DNA of 64,000 nucleotides. Source: Candidatus Dojkabacteria bacterium. GTDB lineage: Bacteria > Patescibacteriota > Dojkabacteria > JAOAGR01. The stretch is from positions 602,561 to 666,560 of the forward strand of contig AP026679.1 in NCBI GenBank assembly GCA_025999155.1. Direction: 5' to 3'. A program made the translations under genes and the position numbers. This document shows positions 1-9,913 of this stretch, piece by piece. A model generated the notes under the pieces. It searched no databases. It saw only the letters and a list, made by a program, of their open reading frames with translations, and was not told where the DNA came from. The number at the start of each line of letters is the position of its first letter. Positions within the stretch are counted from its first letter, which is position 1.

Positions 1-37
1 TCAACGTAGTTAGCTAGCCACTACATGTTATGTGAAT

Positions 38-1353
38 TTAAGGCGTAAGTCTATTTATCATTCTAGGGAATGGTATTGTGGTACGTATGTGTTTTGTCCC
101 ACTAATATATCTAACAAGACGTTCCAACCCTAAACCAAAACCAGAATGTGGAACTGTTCCATATCTGCGTAAGTCCATGTACCATTCGAAAACACTAGGA
201 TCCAGTCCAAACTCTTTGATTCTTTCGGCTAATAAATCTAAATCATGTATCCTTTGGCTACCTCCTATAATTTCACCACAGCCTTCTGGAGCTAAAACAT
301 CATTAGCTAATACTCTGTTATCACCTTCTTCAAAATCTGGCTGCATGTAAAATGCTTTTATTTCTTTTGGCATATGGTGCAGTACGATGAATTGATCTGT
401 GATTTGTGTAAGGGCAGCTTCTTCGTCTGCACCTAGATCATCTCTTTCTCCGATGTTAATACCAATTTTCCGTAGTTCTCGTGTGGCGTCACGATGGTGT
501 ATCCACACAAAAGGCTTAAGGCCATTTTCTAGCTTTTTTAAGTCTCTACCAAGTATTTCTAATTCTTTATAGCAATTATCAATACAGTGTTTAATCACAT
601 AATGCACCATTCTCTCTTGAAGTGCTATATTGTGCTTTCCAATCATAAAAAGCAACCTCAGGTTCAAGCATCCAAAATTCCGTCAAATGTCTACGTGTTT
701 TTGATTTTTCAGCTCTGAAAGTTGGTCCAAAGGTGTATATTTTGTTAAAAGCCATAGCCCCAGCCTCACCATACAATTGTGCACTTTGAGTGAGATAAGC
801 TTTTCTACCAAAATAGTCGACTTCAAAAAGAGTGGAACCTCCTTCAACTTCATTGGCTGTGAAAATTGGACCGTCAAATTTTACAAAATCTTCTTCGTGA
901 AAAAATTTATGTAACGCCCAGATGATCTCTGATCTCAATTTTAAGGTAGCATACTGCTTTGGTGATCTGATCCATAAATGCCTATTTTTCATTAAAAACT
1001 TAACTCCATGCTTCCCCCCCTTTTTTTTCTGAATCGGATAATTAGAGGATAGGCCTACAGTATGCCACTCCATAATTGTTATTTCAAAACCTCCTGGAGC
1101 TCTACTGTCCTCCTTTACGGTACCGGTAGCCTGAAAGGAGCTTTCCATGCCTAACGATTCTATTTCTTCAAACGTCTCTGGTTTCAACATCTTGTTTACT
1201 AACTACTGCCTGAATAAAACCTGTTCCGTCTCGTAAAGTCAAAAATAAGATAGAACCAGAAGATCTTCTGTTAACCAGCCATCCTTTTATCGTAACTTTT
1301 TCATTGTTATGATTAGAAATATCTTTGATTAGTACGTTTGACATATGCATCAA
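38..1353 (-). pseudogene. asnS: asparaginyl-tRNA synthetase (class II), split into three ORF pieces by two frame changes
   Basis: ORFs 1168..1353 (N-terminal OB anticodon-binding domain), 591..1190 (FRAEKSKTRRHLTEFWMLE motif 2 region) and 38..667 (GFGLGLERLV motif 3) read as one contiguous AsnRS in three frames. An A10G7 homopolymer (coding strand) lies at 1012-1031. Confidence 0.7.
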
Positions 1354-1497
1354 CGAAATTATAGTAATAATATGTGCTAGTTCAAATCAGTATCGTAATG
1401 ATTGCTAGTATTTTAATTCTCTGGGTCGTCACCATAATGATTGGCAGATGAACTTTTTAATTTGCTAATTTTTTATTATAATTGTCGTATCAGCATC

Positions 1498-4090
1498 ATG
1501 TATAAAAACAAGTTTACTAAAAATGCTATTGCCGTCGTAGAGTCCGCCACTAAAGCATGTGTTCGGTTAGGTTCGAAAGTGATGACATGTGGAACATTTA
1601 TTTATCGGCATTTTAAGTGTAAAAGAGGGTGTTGGATCCAGAATATTAGCTCGTTTAGGACTCGATCCAGATGCTACTTTAGAAAGCATAGAGAATGAAC
1701 TGAAGGGTGAGCTCGTCATCACAAGACGTTAATTCAAAATTTGGATGAGGTAGTCTGATAGTCTTTGTATCGGATGATGTCAAATCAGGCATTCGAAAAG
1801 GCCTTTGACTATGCGATGAATGCGGGGCACACCTATATTGGGACTGAGCATCTATTGTTAGGAATTTTATCGATCAGCGATAATGCTTTTGTCAAGGAGC
1901 TTGATAAATTAAATATAAATTTCCGAAAAATTAAATCAGAAATTGATAGTTTTGTGCAGTATCCTGAGTTTACAAATACTGAAGTTTTGGATAGTTTGAC
2001 AGGACAGCCAAATGTTCAGTTACCGGATCTACCTAATAAAAATTCATCGCAAAATCGAGGTTTTCTCGAGACTTATGGGCGAAATCTTGTTAGAGAGGCA
2101 AGACAAGGTAAATTAGATCCAGTAATTGGTCGAGATAAAGAAATACTCCGAGTAATGCAAATTTTAGCTCGTCGTACGAAAAATAACCCGATTTTACTCG
2201 GTGATGCGGGAGTTGGTAAAACTGCTGTTGTCGAGGGTCTCGCTCAGCGTATTGCAAATAATGCAGTTTCTCCCGTTTTAGCCGGTTTTGAAATTTGGTC
2301 CGTCGATACAGCTTCAATTATTGCCGGATCTCAATTAAGGGGGGATGTAGAGTCTAAACTACTAGACTCTGATATCTGAGATTGAAAGCAGACAAAACGT
2401 GATTTTATTTATTGATGAAATTCATACCATATTAGGTGCTGGTTCAACTTCTAATAGTCCACTTGATATTGCAAATATTTTGAAACCTGCTTTAGCTAGA
2501 GGAGCATTACGTTGTATTGGTGCTACAACAGTTGATGAATATAAAAAGCATTTTGATGAAGATCCCGCTCTGCAAAGAAGATTTCAACCTGTAGATATAG
2601 AAGAGTTATCTGAGGAAGATACACTAACCGTTTTAAAGAACCTGCGTCCTATATATGAAGCCTTCCATAATGTCAAAATTACAGACGGTGCTTTACAGGC
2701 AGCAATAAAGTTATCAAAAAGGTATATAACTGATCGTTATCTGCCTGATAAAGCTATAGATATTATTGATGAGGCTTGTGCTAGAAATAAACTTGAGAGA
2801 GTACAGTTAAGTGATGAATTCAAACAAGAATTAGAACGTTTACGACAAATAATAAAAAACAAAAATGATGCTTTGAAAACAAAAGATTTTGATAAAGCTG
2901 CCTCTTTATTAGAGGAAGAGAATCAAATTACTCAGCGACTTAATGAAATAGAAAAACAATTAAAACGCAGTTGGAACTCTTCAAATAGGTTTATTAATGA
3001 GAGAGATATAAAAAATGTCATTACACTGTGGACAAAAATTCCAATTGAGACTTTAGATCAATCTACTGTCGAAAGTATAAAAAAATTGAAGGCAGATCTA
3101 TCACGTAATATCCTTGGTCAAGAGTATGCCACTAGTGTTGTCGTAAATGCTATTAAACGTACTAAAGCTGGGCTTGCCGGCTTTGATAGGCCTTTAGCAT
3201 CGTTTCTGTTTGTAGGTCCTACAGGAGTAGGAAAGACTGAGCTTGCAAAACAGTTGGCAAAATCACTTTTTGGCAGTAAAGATGCTTTGATTCAAGTTGA
3301 CATGAGTGAATTAATGGAATCGCATAGTGTATCAAAACTTATAGGTTCGCCTCCTGGCTATGTAGGTTTTGAGCAAGGAGGCCTATTGACCGATCGAGTT
3401 CGTCGTAGACCCTTTTCAGTTTTGCTATTCGATGAAATTGAGAAAGCAAGTCCGGAAGTGCTGAATATACTGCTACAGATTCTTGACGAAGGGCGTTTGA
3501 CGGACAGTAAGGGCAGAACAGTTAATTTTAAAAACACTATTGTCATTATGACTTCGAATATTGGCGCAGAATACGTTCATAAAGACATAGCTATAGGGTT
3601 ATATATTGGTGATAAAAAAAGAGATAATGAACTTGACCATGAGTTCGATCATGCTATGGCTGATATTCGTGAGAAAATCATCACGGAATTAAAAGACTAC
3701 CTGCAACCAGAATTTTTAAATCGTATAGATGACATCGTAGTATTTAGAGAATTGACACAAAAAGATGTAAAAAAAATAGCTAGACTACAAATACGAAATC
3801 TAGTTAATCGGTTGAGAAAAGAAAATAGGGTCATTGTTCATAACGCAGATTCTAAAGATATTATTGACTATGTTACTAGAGTAGGCTTTTCTGAGGAATA
3901 CGGGGCTCGCGAGATTAGGAGGGTGATTAAAAATACTATCGAAAACCTTGTCGCTGATAAACTCATTGATTTACATTGGGATAGCGATAAGAAGGGATGG
4001 TTACATCTAGAGGTCTCTCTAGGAAATAACAAGATATCTGTAAAAGAGATCAAAAGCATATCAAAAAATAATTCACGAGAAAGGCGTTAA
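1498..4090 (+). pseudogene. clpC: ClpC/ClpB-type AAA+ chaperone ATPase, at least three frame changes (about 1585, 1700-1765, 2365)
   Basis: Clp_N repeats (HVEHLFIGILSVKEG, GTEHLLLGILS); D1 Walker [19 protein letters not shown]; LISEIESRQNVILFIDEIHT only after a frame change; D2 Walker A GPTGVGKTELAK. Pieces are 1498-1585, about 1586-1733, 1765..2379 and 2399..4090. Confidence 0.75.
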
Positions 4091-4159
4091 GGAAGGGTCA
4101 GAATCTAGTATGGTTAATGAAGCATCTGAAAAGGTTGATGAGTCTGCTATAATGACCTA

Positions 4160-4681
4160 ATGTTAGCAAAACTTATTAAAGATCCAACTCAAATAATACC
4201 ATCTATTCTTACATGGGGGCTTTTTATATTTAATCTATTACCCATTCTAGCTCCTATCTTAGTAGCTATGGGAGAAAAAAATATTTCTAGTGCGATATAT
4301 TGGATTTATCAATTTACTTGTCATCAGAAGGCATCAAGATCTTTTTTTATATGTGATAATCAGTGCGGTTGGTGTGCAAGATGTACCTTTCTATGGTTTT
4401 CAACTTTTATAACAGCCTACATTACCTTTATGACTCGTATTATTTGGTCATTTAAAGGTTTGCGTACAATTGTAGCTGTATTGCTAGTTTTGCCTTTAAT
4501 ATTAGATGGAGGTATTCAATTTATAGCTACAGCATACTCGTTGTGGGCAAGCGTCCCACCTTTTTATGAGTCTACGAATAGTATTCGCGCCATTACAGGC
4601 ATCTTATTCGGCACGGGGTTAGGTTTATACTTTTTTCCGCGACTAAGGGACGAGCTCAGAGAGGATATGAGTAGCAACTAG
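4160..4681 (+). CDS. polytopic membrane protein with CHQ...CARC motif (DUF2085-like)
   Basis: Intact 173-aa ORF; several hydrophobic helices; FTCHQKASRSF and CGWCARCT motifs. Confidence 0.4.
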   Translation: MLAKLIKDPTQIIPSILTWGLFIFNLLPILAPILVAMGEKNISSAIYWIYQFTCHQKASRSFFICDNQCGWCARCTFLWFSTFITAYITFMTRIIWSFKGLRTIVAVLLVLPLILDGGIQFIATAYSLWASVPPFYESTNSIRAITGILFGTGLGLYFFPRLRDELREDMSSN

Positions 4682-4720
4682 AATAAAATTTGTGTTTGAT
4701 GTAAAATCCTAGAGGGTGAC

Positions 4721-4796
4721 GGATTCGTGGTGTAGTGGTCAACATGCTTCCCTGTCACGGAAGAGATCGAGGGTTCGAATCCCTTCGAATCCGCCA
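4721..4796 (+). tRNA. tRNA-Asp (anticodon GTC), CCA encoded
   Basis: Cloverleaf GGATTCG/CGAATCC acceptor stem; anticodon stem CTTCC/GGAAG with loop CTGTCAC; T-arm GAGGGTTCGAATCCCTTC; 3' GCCA. Confidence 0.9.
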
Positions 4797-4900
4797 CTTT
4801 ACGTGATTTTAGATCAGGTATGTAGTTAAGTGTGTTTTTTATTTAGAGTTTTGTTAAAATCAGACGCGTTGGACTATATAGTTTATGAATTCGTTTTAAA

Positions 4901-5168
4901 TGGCAAACTTAAGATCATCACAAAAAGATACAAGAAGGATAAAGAGACGGACTCTAGCAAAGAAAACCTTTCGCACGTAACGCGAGAGTGACGCCGAAAG
5001 AAAGTTATGAAGCTCATAGCTGCGGGCGATGTAAAAGCAGCTTCCGATTTGATGCCTCTTGCATTTAAAGCAGTAGATAAAGCTGCAAAAAAGAATATCA
5101 TCCATAAGAATAAGGCTGCTAGGATTAAATCGAAGCTTGCGGAAGCCTTAAACGCTGCTATGTCGTAA
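4901..5168 (+). pseudogene. rpsT: 30S ribosomal protein S20 with a single frame change
   Basis: MANLRSSQKDTRRIKRRTLAKKTFRT reaches a stop. Another frame then continues as ...AAGDVKAASDLMPLAFKAVDKAAKKNIIHKNKAARIKSKLAEALNAAMS. The span is 268 nt, not a multiple of 3. Confidence 0.7.
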
Positions 5169-5243
5169 ATATTTGTTTCGAGTTTTTGTCTTTTTAGTGG
5201 TTTCTAATTTTCTATACGTTTGTTAGTTTGATTCTTAATTTCC

Positions 5244-5861
5244 ATGTACTTAATTGGTATAGATGAAGCTGGTCGCGGTCCCTGGGCTGGGCCTGTATTT
5301 GCTTCTGTAGTTATTTTGAACCCTGAAGATGAAATAAAACTGCTGGAATTAGGTATTAAGGATTCAAAGAAACTGACACCATACAAACGCGAAAAACTTT
5401 TTAGTGTTATTAAAGAACTCAGTGTGTTCTTTAATGTCCTATCGAGTCCTGTGGCCTGCTATTGATGAATATGGTGTGTATAAGGCAACAAAAAGTCTTA
5501 TTCAGAAAATCGTTGGAAGTATTCCACATGAACTGTTATATGGTCAAAAAATATTTATTGATGGTGTTTTTAAAGATTTTCAATTTCCAAACGCAGACTC
5601 TAACTTTCACTTATGAGTGTGTCATAGATGGTGATGCAAAGTATTCCAGTTATTTCTGCAGCTTCAATACTTGCTAAGGTAAGTAGGGATAAATTTATGT
5701 ACGAGTTAGACAAGGAGTACCCAGAATATGCATTTGCCAAACATAAAGGTTACGGTACTAAGTTACATAGGGATTTACTCTTAAAATATGGACCTTGTAA
5801 GGAACATCGAAAAAGCTTTAAACCTATTCAGAAATTGATTAATAACCATAATAGCTTATAG
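5244..5861 (+). pseudogene. rnhB: ribonuclease HII, reading frame changes about three times
   Basis: [19 protein letters not shown] (frame 0), [24 protein letters not shown] (frame 1), [11 protein letters not shown] (frame 2), [13 protein letters not shown]...[27 protein letters not shown] (frame 0). Confidence 0.75.
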
Positions 5862-5964
5862 ACATTATTATTATTTCATTCGAGAAATTTGAGTGAAGAT
5901 TTTCTTGATTTGCTATGACAGTGTATGAAAACGAATTTCGGCTGTTAACCAAAATTACTCCGTA

Positions 5965-7206
5965 TTATTTAAAAATATCATATATCTTTTTAAGAGAATG
6001 AATAAAAGCATCTATTTCCGATTTTGTATTGTAGAAATATAAAGAGGCTCTTACAGTAGCAGGAATTCGCAATTTTTGCATGATTAATTGAGTGCAATGG
6101 TGTCCTGCGCGTACAGCTATGCCATCTTCATCAAGTAAATGACCTACATCATGTGCATGTACGCCTCTGACATTGAAACTTAGAATCGGCAGTTTAATTA
6201 CCCGGCTGGTATCATGTGTAGTTCCATAGATATCTACGAAGTCTAGTTCTTGTATCTTATCGATTAAGTATTGGGCTAATTCTTGTTCATATGCTTGGAT
6301 ATTTTCAAATCCTATTTCTAATAAATATCTCAGTGATGCTCCAAATGCTATTACATCAGCAATATTAGGTGTACCTGCTTCAAATTTGTATGGTAGATCA
6401 TTAAATGTTGTACGATATTTAGATACTTCTTTGATCATATCTCCGCCTCCTAGAAATGGCTGCATCTGTTCAAGTAAGTTTTTCTTGCCTATTAATATAC
6501 CAACACCGGTAGGACCACACATTTTATGTGCAGAGAAAGTTATAAAGTCTGCGTCAATTTCCTGAAAATCGAAAATACTATGTGGAACGTATTGTGCGGC
6601 ATCCACTAATACAATGATATTGGGATTTAATTGTCTGGCAATGCGTATAATTTTTTTTGCGTCGTAAATTAAACCAAATGTATTAGATGCCCATGTAAAA
6701 CTGAGAAACTGTGTATCGCGATCTATAACGCGCGACAATGAATCAGTTTCTAATATTCCGTTCTCGTCAAATTCTAAGTATCGGATTTCAAAATCAATCT
6801 CATGACGTAATAGATGCCATGGTACGATATTTGAATGATGCTCAACCTCTGTAATAACTATATTAGATTTCTTATTTTTTAAGATTTGTTTACCTAAACT
6901 TTGAATAATCAAATTGATACTTTCTGTATCATTTTTGGTAAAAATAATCTGTTGCGGTTTGACTTTATATATTTGTGCAATAAGCTGGCGTGTCTTTTCA
7001 TAGGCTTCAGTAGCTTTGTTTGCAAGAGAGTGAATACCTCTGTGTATATTAGCATTATAATTAGAATAAAAATCTACTAGCGTATCTATCATGACTTTTG
7101 GTTTTTGTGTTGTAGCAGCATTATCAAAATATATAAGTTGTCGTCCATTGACAGATGTGTTTAGAATCGGAAATTGTTTTCGTATAGTTTCTATATCGAA
7201 TGCCAT
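5965..7206 (-). CDS. sufS: cysteine desulfurase SufS (class V aminotransferase)
   Basis: 413 aa; FDNAATTQKP, PLP-lysine region FSAHKMCGPTGVGIL, C-terminal RAGHHCTQ active-site cysteine motif. Confidence 0.85.
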   Translation of the reverse strand: MAFDIETIRKQFPILNTSVNGRQLIYFDNAATTQKPKVMIDTLVDFYSNYNANIHRGIHSLANKATEAYEKTRQLIAQIYKVKPQQIIFTKNDTESINLIIQSLGKQILKNKKSNIVITEVEHHSNIVPWHLLRHEIDFEIRYLEFDENGILETDSLSRVIDRDTQFLSFTWASNTFGLIYDAKKIIRIARQLNPNIIVLVDAAQYVPHSIFDFQEIDADFITFSAHKMCGPTGVGILIGKKNLLEQMQPFLGGGDMIKEVSKYRTTFNDLPYKFEAGTPNIADVIAFGASLRYLLEIGFENIQAYEQELAQYLIDKIQELDFVDIYGTTHDTSRVIKLPILSFNVRGVHAHDVGHLLDEDGIAVRAGHHCTQLIMQKLRIPATVRASLYFYNTKSEIDAFIHSLKKIYDIFK

Positions 7207-7328
7207 TATTACACTACGTTAAGTTATGTTATGTAAGACAATTAGCAATATCTTTATTTTAATATTGTCTCATGTTAATTGATTGAGCTATTAATACTTT
7301 CTTTATTGTATTTGTCAATCTGCGCACT

Positions 7329-9110
7329 TTAGTCTAATTCACTTACTCCAATGATTTTATTTCGGTTGAACAAGAAAAGTACCTTGTTTAGATATGGCTT
7401 AGTTTTAGTGATTAGGTCATCGATTAATAATACATCGTCGTCTTTTAAAAAGTTTTCGCTAAGATAGTAAGTCATTAAGATAAACATAGAGGAATTTATG
7501 GAAGTTAGCAAAACACCCACAACTCTAGTAGTGTCAATAAAGTCATTTGTATATTTGAATACTATTAAACCCAGAATTAGGCTAATAAGGCCACTAAGAA
7601 ATTTTTTCGATATGTATGATTGTTCGTAAAAAAAGTTAATACCTTTTTTACGTAGTAAGAAAATCAGAATAGAAACATTAATAGTGGTAGAAATGCTCGA
7701 TGCTAGGGCTATCCCTCCAATAGCTGCAGGACTGTTTCCGTTGGAAAAGTAGCTATTTATATTCGATATTATGAATATCGGATTAACCGAGAGACTCTCA
7801 TCAAAATTGCTAAATAAGTTTACTAAAGCATATGTTAAGCTTATCTCAAAAAATATTATGAAAATACTCACCAATGTAGGTGTAACAGAGTCATTTAATG
7901 CATAAAATGTACGGTTTATAATACCTACTATCGATAAAGAAATAATACTTATTGCCAGGAACAGCAATGTATAAGAAACCATGTTTGTTCCCTGGAAATC
8001 GCCACTTTTTGAAAATAAGCCAAATATCAGCTGTGTCATTGGTGTGCGTAATACTATTACTACTACAGTTATAGGAATTGTCCATAATAACAATATTCTT
8101 ATTGCCCTTGAAAAAACTTTTTGTAAATCATCAAGACGGTTACTTTGAGCGAGTTCAGATATATGCGGGAATATAGATTGAGCTATTGCTAGACCAAATA
8201 CGGATGTTGGAATATCTCGTAAAGAAGTAGCTAATCTTAGTGCATTTAATGCTCCGGTAGTGATGTTTAAAGCAATAAAAGCTTGAAAGATACCAGCTAT
8301 ATATTCAGATGCAAGACCTATACTTCTTGGTATAGTGTTTCGGATGGCATTTATAACGTATGAATTATTAAAAGCAAATGAGAGAACCTGATAATGAATA
8401 TTAGCTTGAAATATTGCCGGTAATTGAATTAGAAGATGTAGAACACTTGCAAATATAACTCCATAAGCCAGAAATTTAACATCAAGATGAAAAATACGTA
8501 TAACAAGCGTTGTAATAATGATCCCTATATTGTAAAAGAGTGGCGCGAAAGCTGTTATCCAAAATAACTTCTTGACTTGTAAAATGCTTGAAAATATGGC
8601 GCTTAAGCACAATATGATTGGTGAAAAAATAAGTATTCTGAGTAAATCAATTAGCATATGATATTCATCTGGTGTAAGTTTGTTATTTATATTAGGTAAG
8701 TTAATGTTTACGACATAGTGTATTGCTTGAGGAGCAAATATATACACCGCTATAGAGATGAATAGCAGACATATCACAAAAATGTTTAAAATGCTTGATA
8801 ATATCTTAGTTTGGATCTCGTAGGGCTCATCTAAATTTATTTTGCTAAATATAGGAATTAAAGCTGCGTTGATACCTCCAATAACTATAACCGAAAAAAT
8901 AAAGTCAGGTATAACATTTGCGGCATGAAAAAGATCTAACTCTCTTGACCTGATACCGTAGACAGCTACAAGAAGTTGAGATTTAAGTAAAGAAGTTAAT
9001 TTAGTTAGCAATATAATTATACCCATTCCGATCGCAACAATACCTAAAGATTCTTGTGCTTTAGATAGTTTAGTTTGCGTCGACTTCAAAATATTTCTTA
9101 CATCATTCAC
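7329..9110 (-). CDS. murJ: lipid II flippase MurJ/MviN-like polytopic membrane protein
   Basis: 593 aa with about 14 hydrophobic helices. N-terminal motif GIRSRELDLFHAANVIPDFIFSVIVIGGINAALIPIFSK resembles the MurJ N-terminus. Confidence 0.55.
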   Translation of the reverse strand: MNDVRNILKSTQTKLSKAQESLGIVAIGMGIIILLTKLTSLLKSQLLVAVYGIRSRELDLFHAANVIPDFIFSVIVIGGINAALIPIFSKINLDEPYEIQTKILSSILNIFVICLLFISIAVYIFAPQAIHYVVNINLPNINNKLTPDEYHMLIDLLRILIFSPIILCLSAIFSSILQVKKLFWITAFAPLFYNIGIIITTLVIRIFHLDVKFLAYGVIFASVLHLLIQLPAIFQANIHYQVLSFAFNNSYVINAIRNTIPRSIGLASEYIAGIFQAFIALNITTGALNALRLATSLRDIPTSVFGLAIAQSIFPHISELAQSNRLDDLQKVFSRAIRILLLWTIPITVVVIVLRTPMTQLIFGLFSKSGDFQGTNMVSYTLLFLAISIISLSIVGIINRTFYALNDSVTPTLVSIFIIFFEISLTYALVNLFSNFDESLSVNPIFIISNINSYFSNGNSPAAIGGIALASSISTTINVSILIFLLRKKGINFFYEQSYISKKFLSGLISLILGLIVFKYTNDFIDTTRVVGVLLTSINSSMFILMTYYLSENFLKDDDVLLIDDLITKTKPYLNKVLFLFNRNKIIGVSELD

Positions 9111-9183
9111 ATAGTAATTCTAATCCAAAAAAGCAATTTATCAAGAAATGAAAATAAAATCTATTTAATGTAAAAACAAATTG

Positions 9184-9459
9184 TTAGCTATCTATTTCTA
9201 TCAAGTTATCAGAATTACAGTGAGGACATCGTTGAATTGGATTTATACCCTCGTGTAGAAACCCACAATTAAGACATTTAATTCTTCGGACATTTTCATA
9301 CAGATACCCTTGATACTGGATAGGTATTTGTCCCCCTTTGGATGTATCTATTATTTCGATGTTGGAAAGATCTACATCGGGATAAGGATCATTAATGATG
9401 CCATTGCTAGCATTTTGATTTATAGAAGCATTCGTTGTATTGCTTCCTGTGTTATCCAT
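9184..9459 (-). CDS. small zinc-ribbon protein (CxxC...CPHC), hypothetical
   Basis: 91 aa; C-terminal CLNCGF...CPHCNS. Confidence 0.35.
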   Translation of the reverse strand: MDNTGSNTTNASINQNASNGIINDPYPDVDLSNIEIIDTSKGGQIPIQYQGYLYENVRRIKCLNCGFLHEGINPIQRCPHCNSDNLIEIDS

Positions 9460-9572
9460 CTTCGACGACTATTTACATAATCATATTATTAATTGTAGAA
9501 TTTGCAAGTTATTTTTTATCAATTGATTTGCCAAAAGTTAATTGTTAATATCTAAAAGAAACAAAGTAAAGT

Positions 9573-9866
9573 ATGGCTGAGAAAAAGATTAAAAAGCTTG
9601 ATATAGCAAACATGTCTCGAGAAGAGCTAATAAAAGTGGTTGCTGTTTCTCCTACAGATACTGGATCGCCTGAAGTCCAAATTGCTCTTTTAACAAAAAG
9701 AATAATAGACTTGGTTGAGCACCTCAAAGTACATAAGAATGACAATCATTCACGTCGAGGTTTGCTACAAATGACAGGTAAGAGAAGGAGGCTTCTGGAA
9801 TATCTAAGAAGAAAAGACGATTCTAGATATCAACGAATATTAGCCTTAATAGGTCTCAACAAGTAA
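9573..9866 (+). CDS. rpsO: 30S ribosomal protein S15
   Basis: [52 protein letters not shown]; immediately upstream of pnp (classic rpsO-pnp pair). Confidence 0.9.
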   Translation: MAEKKIKKLDIANMSREELIKVVAVSPTDTGSPEVQIALLTKRIIDLVEHLKVHKNDNHSRRGLLQMTGKRRRLLEYLRRKDDSRYQRILALIGLNK

Positions 9867-9913
9867 AAATATTTGTTCATTAGTTTTTGGTATCTTATAA
9901 TGTAATATCAGTT

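Noticed and set aside
78-350. Plus-strand 90-aa ORF antisense to asnS. The same applies to other short antisense ORFs in the track, for example 2090..2317, 3358..3546, 7891..8085, 10360..10590, 15283..15632, 29541..29777, 35863..36054, 51512..51736 and 55941..56195.
   Set aside because: Each lies fully inside a longer ORF with clear homology on the opposite strand and has low-complexity or Cys/Arg/Ser-rich composition typical of spurious antisense frames.
4883-5105. Two minus-strand ORFs (72 and 69 aa)
   Set aside because: They lie antisense to the plus-strand rpsT (S20) reading frame, which explains the region.
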